A DNA stretch of 64,000 bases from Alphaproteobacteria bacterium (GTDB taxonomy: Bacteria > Pseudomonadota > Alphaproteobacteria > M2410): assembly GCA_965248915.1 (NCBI GenBank), contig OZ252216.1:1507001-1571000 (forward strand), in the 5' to 3' direction. Of the stretch, positions 40,927-49,854 are shown piece by piece. A program made the position numbers and the translations under genes. The stretch's first letter is position 1. Every line of letters starts with the position of its first letter. The notes under the pieces were generated by a model. It ran no database searches. It was not told the DNA's origin and saw nothing but the letters and a program-made list of their open reading frames with translations.

Positions 40927-41515
40927 AGACGCACCAGAAAAACCGAAAATGAAGACCCAATCTCAACCGCAACAAACGAGGCGTAACGTGAAATCCGCTC
41001 CTTCGATTATTAGCGCCGACATGACCGTGAACGGAACGCTCACGGCAACAGGCGACATTCAGGTCGACGGTACAGTAGAGGGCGATATCTCTAGCGCCTC
41101 ACTGACCATCGGTGAAAAAGCAACCGTACATGGCGAAGTCATATCGGAAGATGTTGTGATCCGAGGACGGGTCATTGGCAGCGTTCGCGCAAATCGCGTC
41201 CAGCTCTCCTCTTCCAGCCATGTCGAAGGCGACATTTATCATCAGGCCTTGGCCGTCGAAACGGGCGCCTTCTTTGAAGGCAACTGCCGTCACTCGGACA
41301 ATCCAATGGCTGAATCAGGTGGCGGCGGACGCGGATCCCGCAAAGTTGCTACCAATCCACTCGAGCAAGGCGGCAAGCCTGCGATGGCTCACGAGAGCGG
41401 CGCCAAAAGCCCGCCCCGACCGGCCCGCAATGGTGGCGGCGGCCGCGCTCCAGTCGAAGCTCAGTCAGCGTTGCAACGCTTGACCGGCTCAAGTGGACGC
41501 AAGGGCCAAGACTAA
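40910..41515 (+). CDS. Bactofilin (polymer-forming cytoskeletal protein)
   Basis: Bactofilin/DUF583 beta-helical repeats (VNGTLTATGDIQVDGTVEGDIS...VHGEV...IRGRVIGSVRAN...VEGDIYHQALAVETGAFFEGNC). The start overlaps the M23 gene by 17 nt. Confidence 0.85.
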   Translation: MFSKAKDAPEKPKMKTQSQPQQTRRNVKSAPSIISADMTVNGTLTATGDIQVDGTVEGDISSASLTIGEKATVHGEVISEDVVIRGRVIGSVRANRVQLSSSSHVEGDIYHQALAVETGAFFEGNCRHSDNPMAESGGGGRGSRKVATNPLEQGGKPAMAHESGAKSPPRPARNGGGGRAPVEAQSALQRLTGSSGRKGQD

Positions 41516-41540
41516 GAACACGACAATCTCAAGATTTAAC

Positions 41541-41575
41541 CCCCTTGGGCCTTGGCCCTAGGGGGTTTTTCTTTG
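41541..41575 (+). terminator. Rho-independent terminator after the first bactofilin gene
   Basis: GC-rich hairpin cccc-ttGGGCC-tt-GGCCCta-gggg followed by ttttt. Confidence 0.7.
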
Positions 41576-41633
41576 CTCAATCACAACAATTGATCCAGCG
41601 ACTTTTACTGAATCCTAGGATTAACAAGATAGC

Positions 41634-42203
41634 TTGGCGATGAAATTCATTCGATCATCAAAAGGCCTCGACATGTTGAAAAAGACCCCTGAAGCATCTG
41701 ATCTGCAAGCCAGAGCGCCAAAAGGCGTACCCCCACGTGAAGCCATTGTCAGTGCCGGCATGAAAATCACGGGCACAATTCACTCCGTCACCGATGTGCG
41801 CATCGAAGGGGAATTGGATGGTGACGTGCTTGCAGCGACGCTGACCGTTGCTGAAGGTGCAACCGTCAACGGTGAAGTGGTTGCTGAAACTGTCGTCGTT
41901 GAGGGCAGCGTTACCGGCACAGTCCGGACGAACAATGCCTACCTCGCAGCCACAGGTCATGTGAGCGGTGACGTCTACTTCCGTGATCTCACAGTTGATC
42001 AAGGCGCGAAGGTCAATGCCGTATGCGAATGCAAAGAGAACCCAATTTCTGATTTTGTAGCGGGTTCAGTGGCCGAAGGTAAACTTGGCAAATCTGACCG
42101 TTCTGTCGGTGATGTCGACGCCAACGACGAGACCGTTTCAAAAATTGAGAAGAATGAAGAATCAGTCGACAAAGGCAACGAAAAGAAAGTCGCGACCGCC
42201 TAA
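41634..42203 (+). CDS. Bactofilin paralog
   Basis: Same DUF583 repeat pattern (ITGTIHSVTDVRIEGELDGDV...VNGEVVAETVVVEGSVTGTVRTN...VSGDVYFRDLTVDQGAKVNAVCE). Start uncertain. Confidence 0.8.
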   Translation: MAMKFIRSSKGLDMLKKTPEASDLQARAPKGVPPREAIVSAGMKITGTIHSVTDVRIEGELDGDVLAATLTVAEGATVNGEVVAETVVVEGSVTGTVRTNNAYLAATGHVSGDVYFRDLTVDQGAKVNAVCECKENPISDFVAGSVAEGKLGKSDRSVGDVDANDETVSKIEKNEESVDKGNEKKVATA

Positions 42204-42254
42204 GGAAAAAACATTCAAGCAAAGTTTTGGGTCGACCCTTGAGGTCGGCCTTTT

Positions 42255-43169
42255 CTATTTCAGAACCAAAATGAGAATGCCGCTCGCTACCAAAGCAACA
42301 CCGATAAGGTCAAGTGCGCCCGGGCGTTCTTTGAAGAACCCTCTCGCGACAATCAGCGCGAAGAGAAGTTCAACTTGCCCAAGCGCTTTCACATATGCCG
42401 CTTTTTGAATGGTGAAGGCTGTAAACCACCCGGCAGACCCAATGGCGCTCGTCAAACCAATGAACAAGCTCAACCGCCACTCACGAAACATCGCCAAAAC
42501 AGATTGTCGTCCCCGCCAGATGAAGTATGGCGTCATAACCATGATCTGTAAGATAATGGTAGAGATCAGTGTGAAGAGCCCATGTACCATAAAGTCTCCC
42601 TCCCCAAGCGAAAGACTGGCGGTACGAATGGCAAGGGATGTAATGGCAAACAAAACGCCAGATCCGATCCCTAGTGACATTGAGGGATTGAAGACCCAGT
42701 CCCACAACCGAATGTTTCCACGATCCATGTGAGAGACATTCATCACCACAATCCCAATGGAACTCACAACGATTGCAAGCCAACCCATGGCCCCGATCGC
42801 TTCGGCAAACAGAGTCACCCCAAGGAGCGCTGTCAAAAACGTCTCTGACCGCACATACGTGACACCAATCGCAAAATTTCGAAGGCTGAACAGTCGAATC
42901 ATCAAGATGGTGGCGGCGATTTGCGAAAGACCTGCAATCACTACAAACGCCCAGAAGACGACATTCCCTTCTGGCACATCAACGGCACTCGTTCTCAAAA
43001 ATACAAACAGTGCTAATCCGACGAATGGCAGGCCGTAGAGATACCGGATGAACGTCACCGTGACCACATCCAGACGCCCAGCAAGGTGCTTTTGACCTGC
43101 GGTCCGAAAAGTCTGTGCAATGACCGCCATGAGGGTCAACCAGATCCATGTCGTCTCACTAGGTTGCAC
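42255..43169 (-). CDS. DMT-superfamily (EamA-like) transporter
   Basis: 304 aa with ten predicted TM helices in two EamA-like halves. Confidence 0.7.
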   Translation of the reverse strand: MQPSETTWIWLTLMAVIAQTFRTAGQKHLAGRLDVVTVTFIRYLYGLPFVGLALFVFLRTSAVDVPEGNVVFWAFVVIAGLSQIAATILMIRLFSLRNFAIGVTYVRSETFLTALLGVTLFAEAIGAMGWLAIVVSSIGIVVMNVSHMDRGNIRLWDWVFNPSMSLGIGSGVLFAITSLAIRTASLSLGEGDFMVHGLFTLISTIILQIMVMTPYFIWRGRQSVLAMFREWRLSLFIGLTSAIGSAGWFTAFTIQKAAYVKALGQVELLFALIVARGFFKERPGALDLIGVALVASGILILVLK

Positions 43170-43257
43170 GCAGAAATCCTCAAATTGACCACAAGAGACA
43201 TTTGCGGCAGTTTGGCGCTAACAACAAGACAAATAGTCTGGATAAGGAAACGAACCC

Positions 43258-45135
43258 GTGGATAGCAAGAAGCCTTCAAGTCGACCTGGAGTAAGGGCGG
43301 CCATAGCCGCAGCCGCTCTCTTTCTATCAACTGCCGCTGTCGCAGAAGATGCCCCCCGCAACCTCTACTGGGGAGATACCCATCTTCATTCGAACTATTC
43401 ATTCGACGCCTACTTGTTTCAGAACTACACCGGCGATCCCGATCTAGCCTATCGGTTTGCCAAAGGTGTGCCGGTCCTCCATCCTAAACTCCAAACTCAA
43501 ATTCAGATCGAAACCCCGCTCGATTTCTTGGTGCTCGCGGACCACGCCGAGCTAACGGCAGTGCCCTTGCGGATCTTCGAGAAGGACGAACAACTCCTCA
43601 AGACAGCCTTCGGAAAGCGCGTCCGACCGCTGATTGAGGCCGATAAAGGCGGTGATGTATTCGCTGAGATCGTCCGTCTCGCAAATGCGGGAATGGACAA
43701 CAACTCCGAACTTACCGAGCTCCAATCCGACGACATTCGTCGGCCCGCCTGGGAAGACATTGTTGAAGTTGCTGACCGGCACAATGAACCTGGAAAGTTT
43801 ACAGCCTTCATTGGGTGGGAATGGTCATCACTCCCCGATGCGGCCAACCTCCACCGAGTGGTCTTCATGGACAAGGATGCTGAGACCGGCAAAAAATTCC
43901 TCCCCTACGGGTCGACCACCAGCGTCAAGCCTGAAGACTTGTGGGCCTGGCTTGAAGAAACAGAGGAACTGACCGGCGCCAATTTCGTCGCCATCCCTCA
44001 CAACATGAACATTTCCAAAGGGCGCATGTTTGAAACAATGGACAGCGATGGCCGCCCGATCACCGATGCCTACGCGCGCACACGCATGCGTTGGGAGCCA
44101 GTTGCCGAAGTCACCCAGTATAAGGGCGACTCTGAGACCCACCCTATCCTCTCCCCGGATGATGAATTCGCAAATTTTGAGACCTACCGTCATTTGATCG
44201 ACACCAGGCCTGACACCGATCACACCGCCTCCGTCACAAACGGCGACTATGCAAGAGGCGCCCTCAAGACTGGCCTGAAACTGGAAAGCGACATTGGCGT
44301 CAATCCATTCAAATTTGGAATGATTGGCGCAACGGATTCACACACCAGCCTTGCCTCGGCTGAAGAGACAAACTTCTTCTACAAGTTCCCGTTTATGGCG
44401 ACACCGACAGATAGGTCCGAGGGAACACCAGGCCGAGGGGATGGCCCGATCGGGTGGAACTTTGGCGCTCAAGGGTTGGCCGGCGTTTGGGCCGAAGAAA
44501 ACACACGCGAGTCCATTCTCACAGCCTTCAAACGAAAAGAAGTCTTCGCGACAACCGGCCCAAGGATCATGTTGAGATTTTTCGGTGGCTGGAATTTCAG
44601 GTCGCGAGATGCCCGCGCAAATGATGTCGGCCAAACAGGCTACGACAAGGGCGTTTCCATGGGCGCCGATCTGATGGCACCGGCGGGTGGCCTCTTCTCC
44701 GGTGACAAGACACCAAGCTTTCTCATTCAAGCGGTCAGCGATCCCAAGAGCGGCAACCTTGACCGCATACAAATCGTCAAAGGTTGGCTCGATGCAGAAG
44801 GTCAGACCCAAGAGAAAGTCTTCAATGTTGTGGCATCGGATGGTCGAACCATCGACTCCGACGGTAAGCTTGCCCCAGTCGGCAACACAGTTGATTTGGC
44901 CACAGCCACCTACACAAACACAATTGGCGACCCAGAACTTGTCGCCGTGTGGCGCGACCCAGAGTTTGATCCCACACAGCGCGCCTTCTACTATGTAAGA
45001 GTTCTGGAAATCCCCACCCCTCGGCACGCACTACTTGATGCCCTGAGCCTTCAAACAGATCTACCAGAGGGCGTCTCCGCCATACTCCAGGAACGAGCCT
45101 ACTCGTCCCCAATCTGGTACACCCCGCCGTCTTGA
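43258..45135 (+). CDS. Secreted DUF3604-domain protein
   Basis: Signal peptide, then NLYWGDTHLHSNYSFDAY, typical of the N-terminus of DUF3604 (PHP-like); 625 aa. Confidence 0.6.
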   Translation: MDSKKPSSRPGVRAAIAAAALFLSTAAVAEDAPRNLYWGDTHLHSNYSFDAYLFQNYTGDPDLAYRFAKGVPVLHPKLQTQIQIETPLDFLVLADHAELTAVPLRIFEKDEQLLKTAFGKRVRPLIEADKGGDVFAEIVRLANAGMDNNSELTELQSDDIRRPAWEDIVEVADRHNEPGKFTAFIGWEWSSLPDAANLHRVVFMDKDAETGKKFLPYGSTTSVKPEDLWAWLEETEELTGANFVAIPHNMNISKGRMFETMDSDGRPITDAYARTRMRWEPVAEVTQYKGDSETHPILSPDDEFANFETYRHLIDTRPDTDHTASVTNGDYARGALKTGLKLESDIGVNPFKFGMIGATDSHTSLASAEETNFFYKFPFMATPTDRSEGTPGRGDGPIGWNFGAQGLAGVWAEENTRESILTAFKRKEVFATTGPRIMLRFFGGWNFRSRDARANDVGQTGYDKGVSMGADLMAPAGGLFSGDKTPSFLIQAVSDPKSGNLDRIQIVKGWLDAEGQTQEKVFNVVASDGRTIDSDGKLAPVGNTVDLATATYTNTIGDPELVAVWRDPEFDPTQRAFYYVRVLEIPTPRHALLDALSLQTDLPEGVSAILQERAYSSPIWYTPPS

Positions 45136-45152
45136 CGATTACGCACTAAGGA

Positions 45153-46058
45153 TTGACAAATATGACATGGCTCAAGCGGATCATCACCGATCCGCTTACC
45201 CACTTTCTCATCATCGGTGTCGCAATTTTGCTCGTCGCAAGTTTGCTGGACCGCGAAGGGAACCAAAGCGATGCGGATCGACAAATCTCTGTGGATCGAG
45301 AAGCCCTCCTGACTTTTATGCAATATCGCGCCAACAGTTTTGATCCGGAAACCTCCGATACTTATCTGACCGAAATGAGCGAGGCAGATCGCAAGGAGCT
45401 CGTAAGTGACTACGTCAGAAACGAAGTGTTGCTGCGAGAAGCCGTCGCACTCGGTCTTGACCGAAGCGACGGGGTCATTCGAGGACGTCTACAACAGCGG
45501 ATGGAATTCGCCCTCAAAGGCCTGATCGCAGAAACTGGACCACAAAGCGATGAAGCGATCACCACGTATTTTCAAGAAAACATTGAAGCTTACCGGATCG
45601 CGCCGTCCATTACTTTCACGCATATCTTCTTTTCAACAAAGAGTGACGCCCCCTTTGAGGCTGAAGAGCGCGCAGCCAAAGCACTTGAAACAATGGATTC
45701 AACACCGAACGCCAATCCCAACCCTCTTGGCGACCGGTTCCAGTATTTCGGCAACTATGTCGAACGCACTCCCGAACTCGTTGCCAGTCATTTCGGAGAT
45801 GACTTCACAACAACTGTATTTGCAATCAACCCAGAACCAGGCCTTTGGCAGGGTCCCGTCCTATCTCCTTACGGACTTCATCTCGTCCAGGTCTCAGGCA
45901 AACGAGCGTCACGCCTGCCTCAATTCGAAGAGGTTCAGTCGCAGGTCACCGAAGATGCGACCCGTGCAAGCACTGACCAGCGTCTAGAGAAAGCCATTCG
46001 CGAACTAACAGCTGGATATCAAGTCACCGTCGACCTCTCAAAGACAGAGAGTGAGTGA
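45153..46058 (+). CDS. Membrane-anchored parvulin-like (PpiC-type) peptidyl-prolyl isomerase domain protein
   Basis: N-terminal TM (HFLIIGVAILLVASLL). C-terminal region ITFTHIFF...GDRFQYFG...GLWQGPVLSPYGLHLVQV resembles a degenerate parvulin domain. Confidence 0.45.
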   Translation: MTNMTWLKRIITDPLTHFLIIGVAILLVASLLDREGNQSDADRQISVDREALLTFMQYRANSFDPETSDTYLTEMSEADRKELVSDYVRNEVLLREAVALGLDRSDGVIRGRLQQRMEFALKGLIAETGPQSDEAITTYFQENIEAYRIAPSITFTHIFFSTKSDAPFEAEERAAKALETMDSTPNANPNPLGDRFQYFGNYVERTPELVASHFGDDFTTTVFAINPEPGLWQGPVLSPYGLHLVQVSGKRASRLPQFEEVQSQVTEDATRASTDQRLEKAIRELTAGYQVTVDLSKTESE

Positions 46059-47092
46059 TGATGGATTGGCGGGCCAAAGTCCTCACCTTTTCGTTGGTTT
46101 TGACGTTTTTGTGTATGTTTGACTGGGCCAGCCCGGCAGTCGCCCACGACAGTCGCCCCATCTCTTTGCGCATCACAGAAAAATCTGAGGCCCTCTTCTC
46201 AGTAACCTGGCAAGTGCCCGGCTCTGTCGCCAATGAGAACCAACCTTCACCCCGCCTGCCAACAATGTGTAACCCCTTGAGTCCGCCAAAACTGTCAACC
46301 CAGTCAGGCGCCCGGATTGGGGAACAGATCTATCATTGCCACAACAAGCTGTCGGGAGAGATCGTTGAGATCGATTTCCCCCTCTTCAATCCTTCCCTGA
46401 CGGCTGTAGTTCAGATTGATTGGATGTCGGGCGAAACGGTGAACGTGGTTCTCGCCCCAAATGAACTCACATGGAAGGTCCCGGAGAAATCAACACCAGC
46501 GAACGTCTCCAAACGCTACTTTACTCTGGGTATGATACACATCTTCGGTGGGTACGATCACCTGCTCTTCTTGCTGTGTCTTCTCCTGATCGCCAGAACA
46601 CCGAAGCGAACCATCGTCACAGTTACGGGATTTACCCTTGCCCACTCCTTCACATTGGCGCTCGCAGTGTTTCAGGTCATCAGACTGCCGATCGCAGCGG
46701 TCGAAACAGTCATTGCGCTGAGCATTGTCTTTCTTGCTGTAGAGATTGCGCGCGGCCGATCAAATACGCTGAGTTTTCGTTATCCAGTCATCGTGGCAAG
46801 CGCTTTCGGTCTTCTTCACGGATTGGGTTTCGCTTCCGTTCTCAGCGAAATTGGTCTGCCAAGCGGGCAAGTCCCCTTAGCCTTATTGTTGTTCAACCTG
46901 GGAATTGAAGCCGGGCAGCTCTTGATCCTCGCACCGACCTTCATCGGGATTGTCTGGTTCGCGAGGCACGAAATGACCAGGACACCTAGAATGCTGAGAT
47001 CGATAGCCGTCCAAAGGACCGCCATCTATGTTGTCGGCGGGCTCGCCTCGTTTTGGTTTCTCGAGAGGTTCTCTCAAGCGTTTTCGCTTTAG
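46055..47092 (+). CDS. HupE/UreJ_2-like membrane protein with an N-terminal periplasmic domain
   Basis: Signal peptide and a ~150-aa soluble domain, then a 6-TM region with [13 protein letters not shown] and [10 protein letters not shown] motifs as in HupE/UreJ Ni/Co-type transporters. Overlaps the previous gene by 4 nt. Confidence 0.5.
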   Translation: MMMDWRAKVLTFSLVLTFLCMFDWASPAVAHDSRPISLRITEKSEALFSVTWQVPGSVANENQPSPRLPTMCNPLSPPKLSTQSGARIGEQIYHCHNKLSGEIVEIDFPLFNPSLTAVVQIDWMSGETVNVVLAPNELTWKVPEKSTPANVSKRYFTLGMIHIFGGYDHLLFLLCLLLIARTPKRTIVTVTGFTLAHSFTLALAVFQVIRLPIAAVETVIALSIVFLAVEIARGRSNTLSFRYPVIVASAFGLLHGLGFASVLSEIGLPSGQVPLALLLFNLGIEAGQLLILAPTFIGIVWFARHEMTRTPRMLRSIAVQRTAIYVVGGLASFWFLERFSQAFSL

Positions 47093-48218
47093 TCGAGGTC
47101 TTCTACGTCGCTGCTGGTTCCATGGACGCGCGCCGCCAAAGACGCCGCCATAAAGGGGTCGAGATCGCCATTAAGGACATTTTGCGGCGCCGTGCTTTCT
47201 ACGCCTGTGCGCAGATCCTTGACCATTTGGTAGGGCTGCAGAACATATGATCGAATTTGATGTCCCCACCCGATGTCGGTTTTGGCATCAGCATCCGCTT
47301 GCGCCACCTCTTCCCGTTTCTGAAGTTCGGCTTCATAAAGCCGGGCTCGTAACATCGTCCAAGCCGTCGCCCGGTTCTTGTGTTGTGATCGCTCGTTTTG
47401 GCACTGAACCACGATACCAGAGGAGATGTGGGTAATGCGCACCGCACTATCGGTGGTGTTGACATGTTGCCCCCCTGCCCCGCTGGCGCGGTAGGTATCA
47501 ATGCGAACGTCTTTTTCGCTGACATCTATATCAATCTCGTCGTCGACTTCCGGGAACACCCAGACAGAGGCAAAACTAGTGTGGCGCCGGGCGTTGGAAT
47601 CAAACGGGGAGATCCGTACCAATCGATGTACACCGGACTCCGTCTTGAGCCAGCCATAAGAATTGTGGCCTTTGATATGAAGGGTGGCCGACTTAAGTCC
47701 CGCTTCTTCGCCCGGGCTTTCTTCAATCACTTCGACCTTGTGACCATGGGCCTGGGCCCAGCGCGCATACATGCGGACCAACATACTGGCCCAATCTTGG
47801 CTCTCAGTGCCACCTGCTCCCGCATGAACTTCAAGGAAGGTGTCGTTCGCATCCGCTTCGCCGGAGAGTAATGTTTCAAGCTCTTGTTTTTGCGCCACCT
47901 TATGTAGTTCTTTGAGACTTGCTTCAGCTTCCGCCACAACTTCACTTTCGCCTTCAGCCTCTCCCATTTCAATAAGATCGATTGAATCTGACAGGCCCTG
48001 TTCAAGCTCTTTGTAGCCCGACATTTGGCTGTCCAAGTGGGTTCGTTCGCGCATAACTTTTTGCGCGGCCTCCGGCTTATCCCACAAGGTTGGGTCTTCG
48101 ACTTTCGCGTTCAGCTCATCGAGGCGTTTTTGGGCTGTATCCCAGTCAAAGATGCCTCCTCAGCAGTTCCAGTGACTGCTTGATGTCATTGATGAGTGCT
48201 TGTGTTTCTGCGCGCATG
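47089..48218 (-). CDS. prfB: Peptide chain release factor 2, requiring a +1 programmed frameshift
   Basis: Frame 0 reads [23 protein letters not shown] then UGA within CTT TGA C (minus strand of 48145..48151), preceded by an AGGAGG-like motif. The +1 frame continues [14 protein letters not shown]... to the GGQ-containing body ([18 protein letters not shown]) called at 47089..48087. Confidence 0.9.
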
Positions 48219-48457
48219 TTTAACCTCTATCACCTCGCCTGGAACCCGCCGGGAAGATAATGAGACCTTGGCTCGAAGTCAAAGAGAGCTACGCACCGAA
48301 AGGCCACTTCGCCATCTCCCAAAGACATAAACCATCGATATAAATGGGCATAAACCCTCTCTATGGCTAATGGCAATTCAAGGGTCGATGGTCAATCTGA
48401 TGTTTGCGGCCCATTATTACCGAAGGCCGACTTTGCAACAGCACTTGAGAGGCAACC

Positions 48458-48733
48458 ATGAAACGACTGACAACCCCGGCAATCATCAGCGTCCTATCTC
48501 TCGCTCTATCGCCTGCCGCCCTGGCATCCGGTTATGAATGCGAGTCTGGGCCAAAAGACCAATGGATTGAGGAAGAAGCAGTGAAAGTCATGCTCACAGA
48601 GCAAGGCTATGAGATCCGCAAAATCGAAGTGGAAGACGGATGTTACGAAGCCTATGTGAAAAAGGAAGGCAAACGATTCGAGGTGTTCGTAAACCCGAGT
48701 ACTGGCGAAATTGAGAAAGTCCAGGAAGACTAA
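48458..48733 (+). CDS. Secreted PepSY-domain protein
   Basis: Signal peptide plus a single PepSY-like fold (VKVMLTEQGYEIRKIEVEDGCYEAYVKKEGKRFEVFVNPSTGEI). Confidence 0.65.
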   Translation: MKRLTTPAIISVLSLALSPAALASGYECESGPKDQWIEEEAVKVMLTEQGYEIRKIEVEDGCYEAYVKKEGKRFEVFVNPSTGEIEKVQED

Positions 48734-48737
48734 GCCA

Positions 48738-49274
48738 ATGACAAAAGAGATCGGCCCTACCAAGGTCAAAGTCTGGGATCCCATCGTGCGAATCTTCCAT
48801 TGGGTGACCGTTTCGATCGTGTTTATCGACTACTTCGTTTTCGATGAAGGCGATCTACACGAGGCCCTTGGATTCACCCTCATCGGTCTCCTGACGCTAC
48901 GGTTTCTATGGGGTTTTGTAGGGACAAAAAACGCCAGATTCTCGTGCTTTTGGCCAACACATTCGAGGCTGAGGTCCCACTGGGCCGATCTCAAACATCG
49001 CCGTGAAGGTCATGCGATTGGCCATAATCCGATTGGCGCGGTCATGATCTTCAATTTGCTGTTTGCTCTATCCATCACCTGCCTGACCGGATACCTGGGA
49101 ATAACCGATCGGTTTTGGGGTGTTGAGTGGGTCGAAGAGACCCATGAAGCCGCCGCCGGCTATCTTATGCTCAGCGTGACGATACATGTGATTGGCGTCC
49201 TATTTGAGTCCTGGCGTACCAATACGAATTTGATCTTAGCCATGTTCACAGGCATAAAGCGGGTGAAACGATAA
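48738..49274 (+). CDS. Cytochrome b561 / Ni-Fe hydrogenase b-type cytochrome family membrane protein
   Basis: VWDPIVRIFHW N-terminal His motif, four TM helices, a second His in HNPIGAVMIF. Start chosen at the ATG at 48738, just after the PepSY stop. Confidence 0.65.
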   Translation: MTKEIGPTKVKVWDPIVRIFHWVTVSIVFIDYFVFDEGDLHEALGFTLIGLLTLRFLWGFVGTKNARFSCFWPTHSRLRSHWADLKHRREGHAIGHNPIGAVMIFNLLFALSITCLTGYLGITDRFWGVEWVEETHEAAAGYLMLSVTIHVIGVLFESWRTNTNLILAMFTGIKRVKR

Positions 49275-49284
49275 CGTGAAATAG

Positions 49285-49854
49285 ATGTCTGTCGCCCAAA
49301 TTCTAAATCACCTGCACTCGACTCTTACCCATCCTCGGCAAATCGCCGTGATTTGGGTGGGCATCGTTGTTTCTCTTAGCTGCTCGATCTTTTTCTCCCT
49401 CGACGTCATCGGAGACCTTTTGGATCGGGACGACTTCCCTGGTGGCCGCGCTCACGAATTGATCGAGCTACTTGTCGTCGCCATCTCCGTCATGGCCTTA
49501 TTCTTTCTCCTGACCCAACTACGGCGGCTGTTGAAGCGCCACAGGCGGATCAGCAATCAGATGCGCGTGGCGGCAGGCGAATTTTCCGAGGTTGCCGATG
49601 CGCTGTTCGAACAATGGCAACTCTCACCTGCCGAACGGGATGTCGCTTTGTTTCTCATGAAAGGATTGAGCTTCAAAGAGATTGCCACATATCGAAATTC
49701 CAAGGAGGGAACGGTAAAAGCACAAGCCAATGCGGTTTATCGAAAGGCTGATGTGAACGGACGTCACCAGCTTTTGGCTGTCTTTTTTGACGAATTGATC
49801 GCCGATCCGCCATCAATGAACCGCACCTCTGAACCGAACAACGGCCAAGCCTAG
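49285..49854 (+). CDS. Membrane-anchored LuxR-family HTH transcriptional regulator
   Basis: Two N-terminal TM segments, then a GerE/LuxR HTH (ERDVALFLMKGLSFKEIATYRNSKEGTVKAQANAVYRK). Confidence 0.7.
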   Translation: MSVAQILNHLHSTLTHPRQIAVIWVGIVVSLSCSIFFSLDVIGDLLDRDDFPGGRAHELIELLVVAISVMALFFLLTQLRRLLKRHRRISNQMRVAAGEFSEVADALFEQWQLSPAERDVALFLMKGLSFKEIATYRNSKEGTVKAQANAVYRKADVNGRHQLLAVFFDELIADPPSMNRTSEPNNGQA

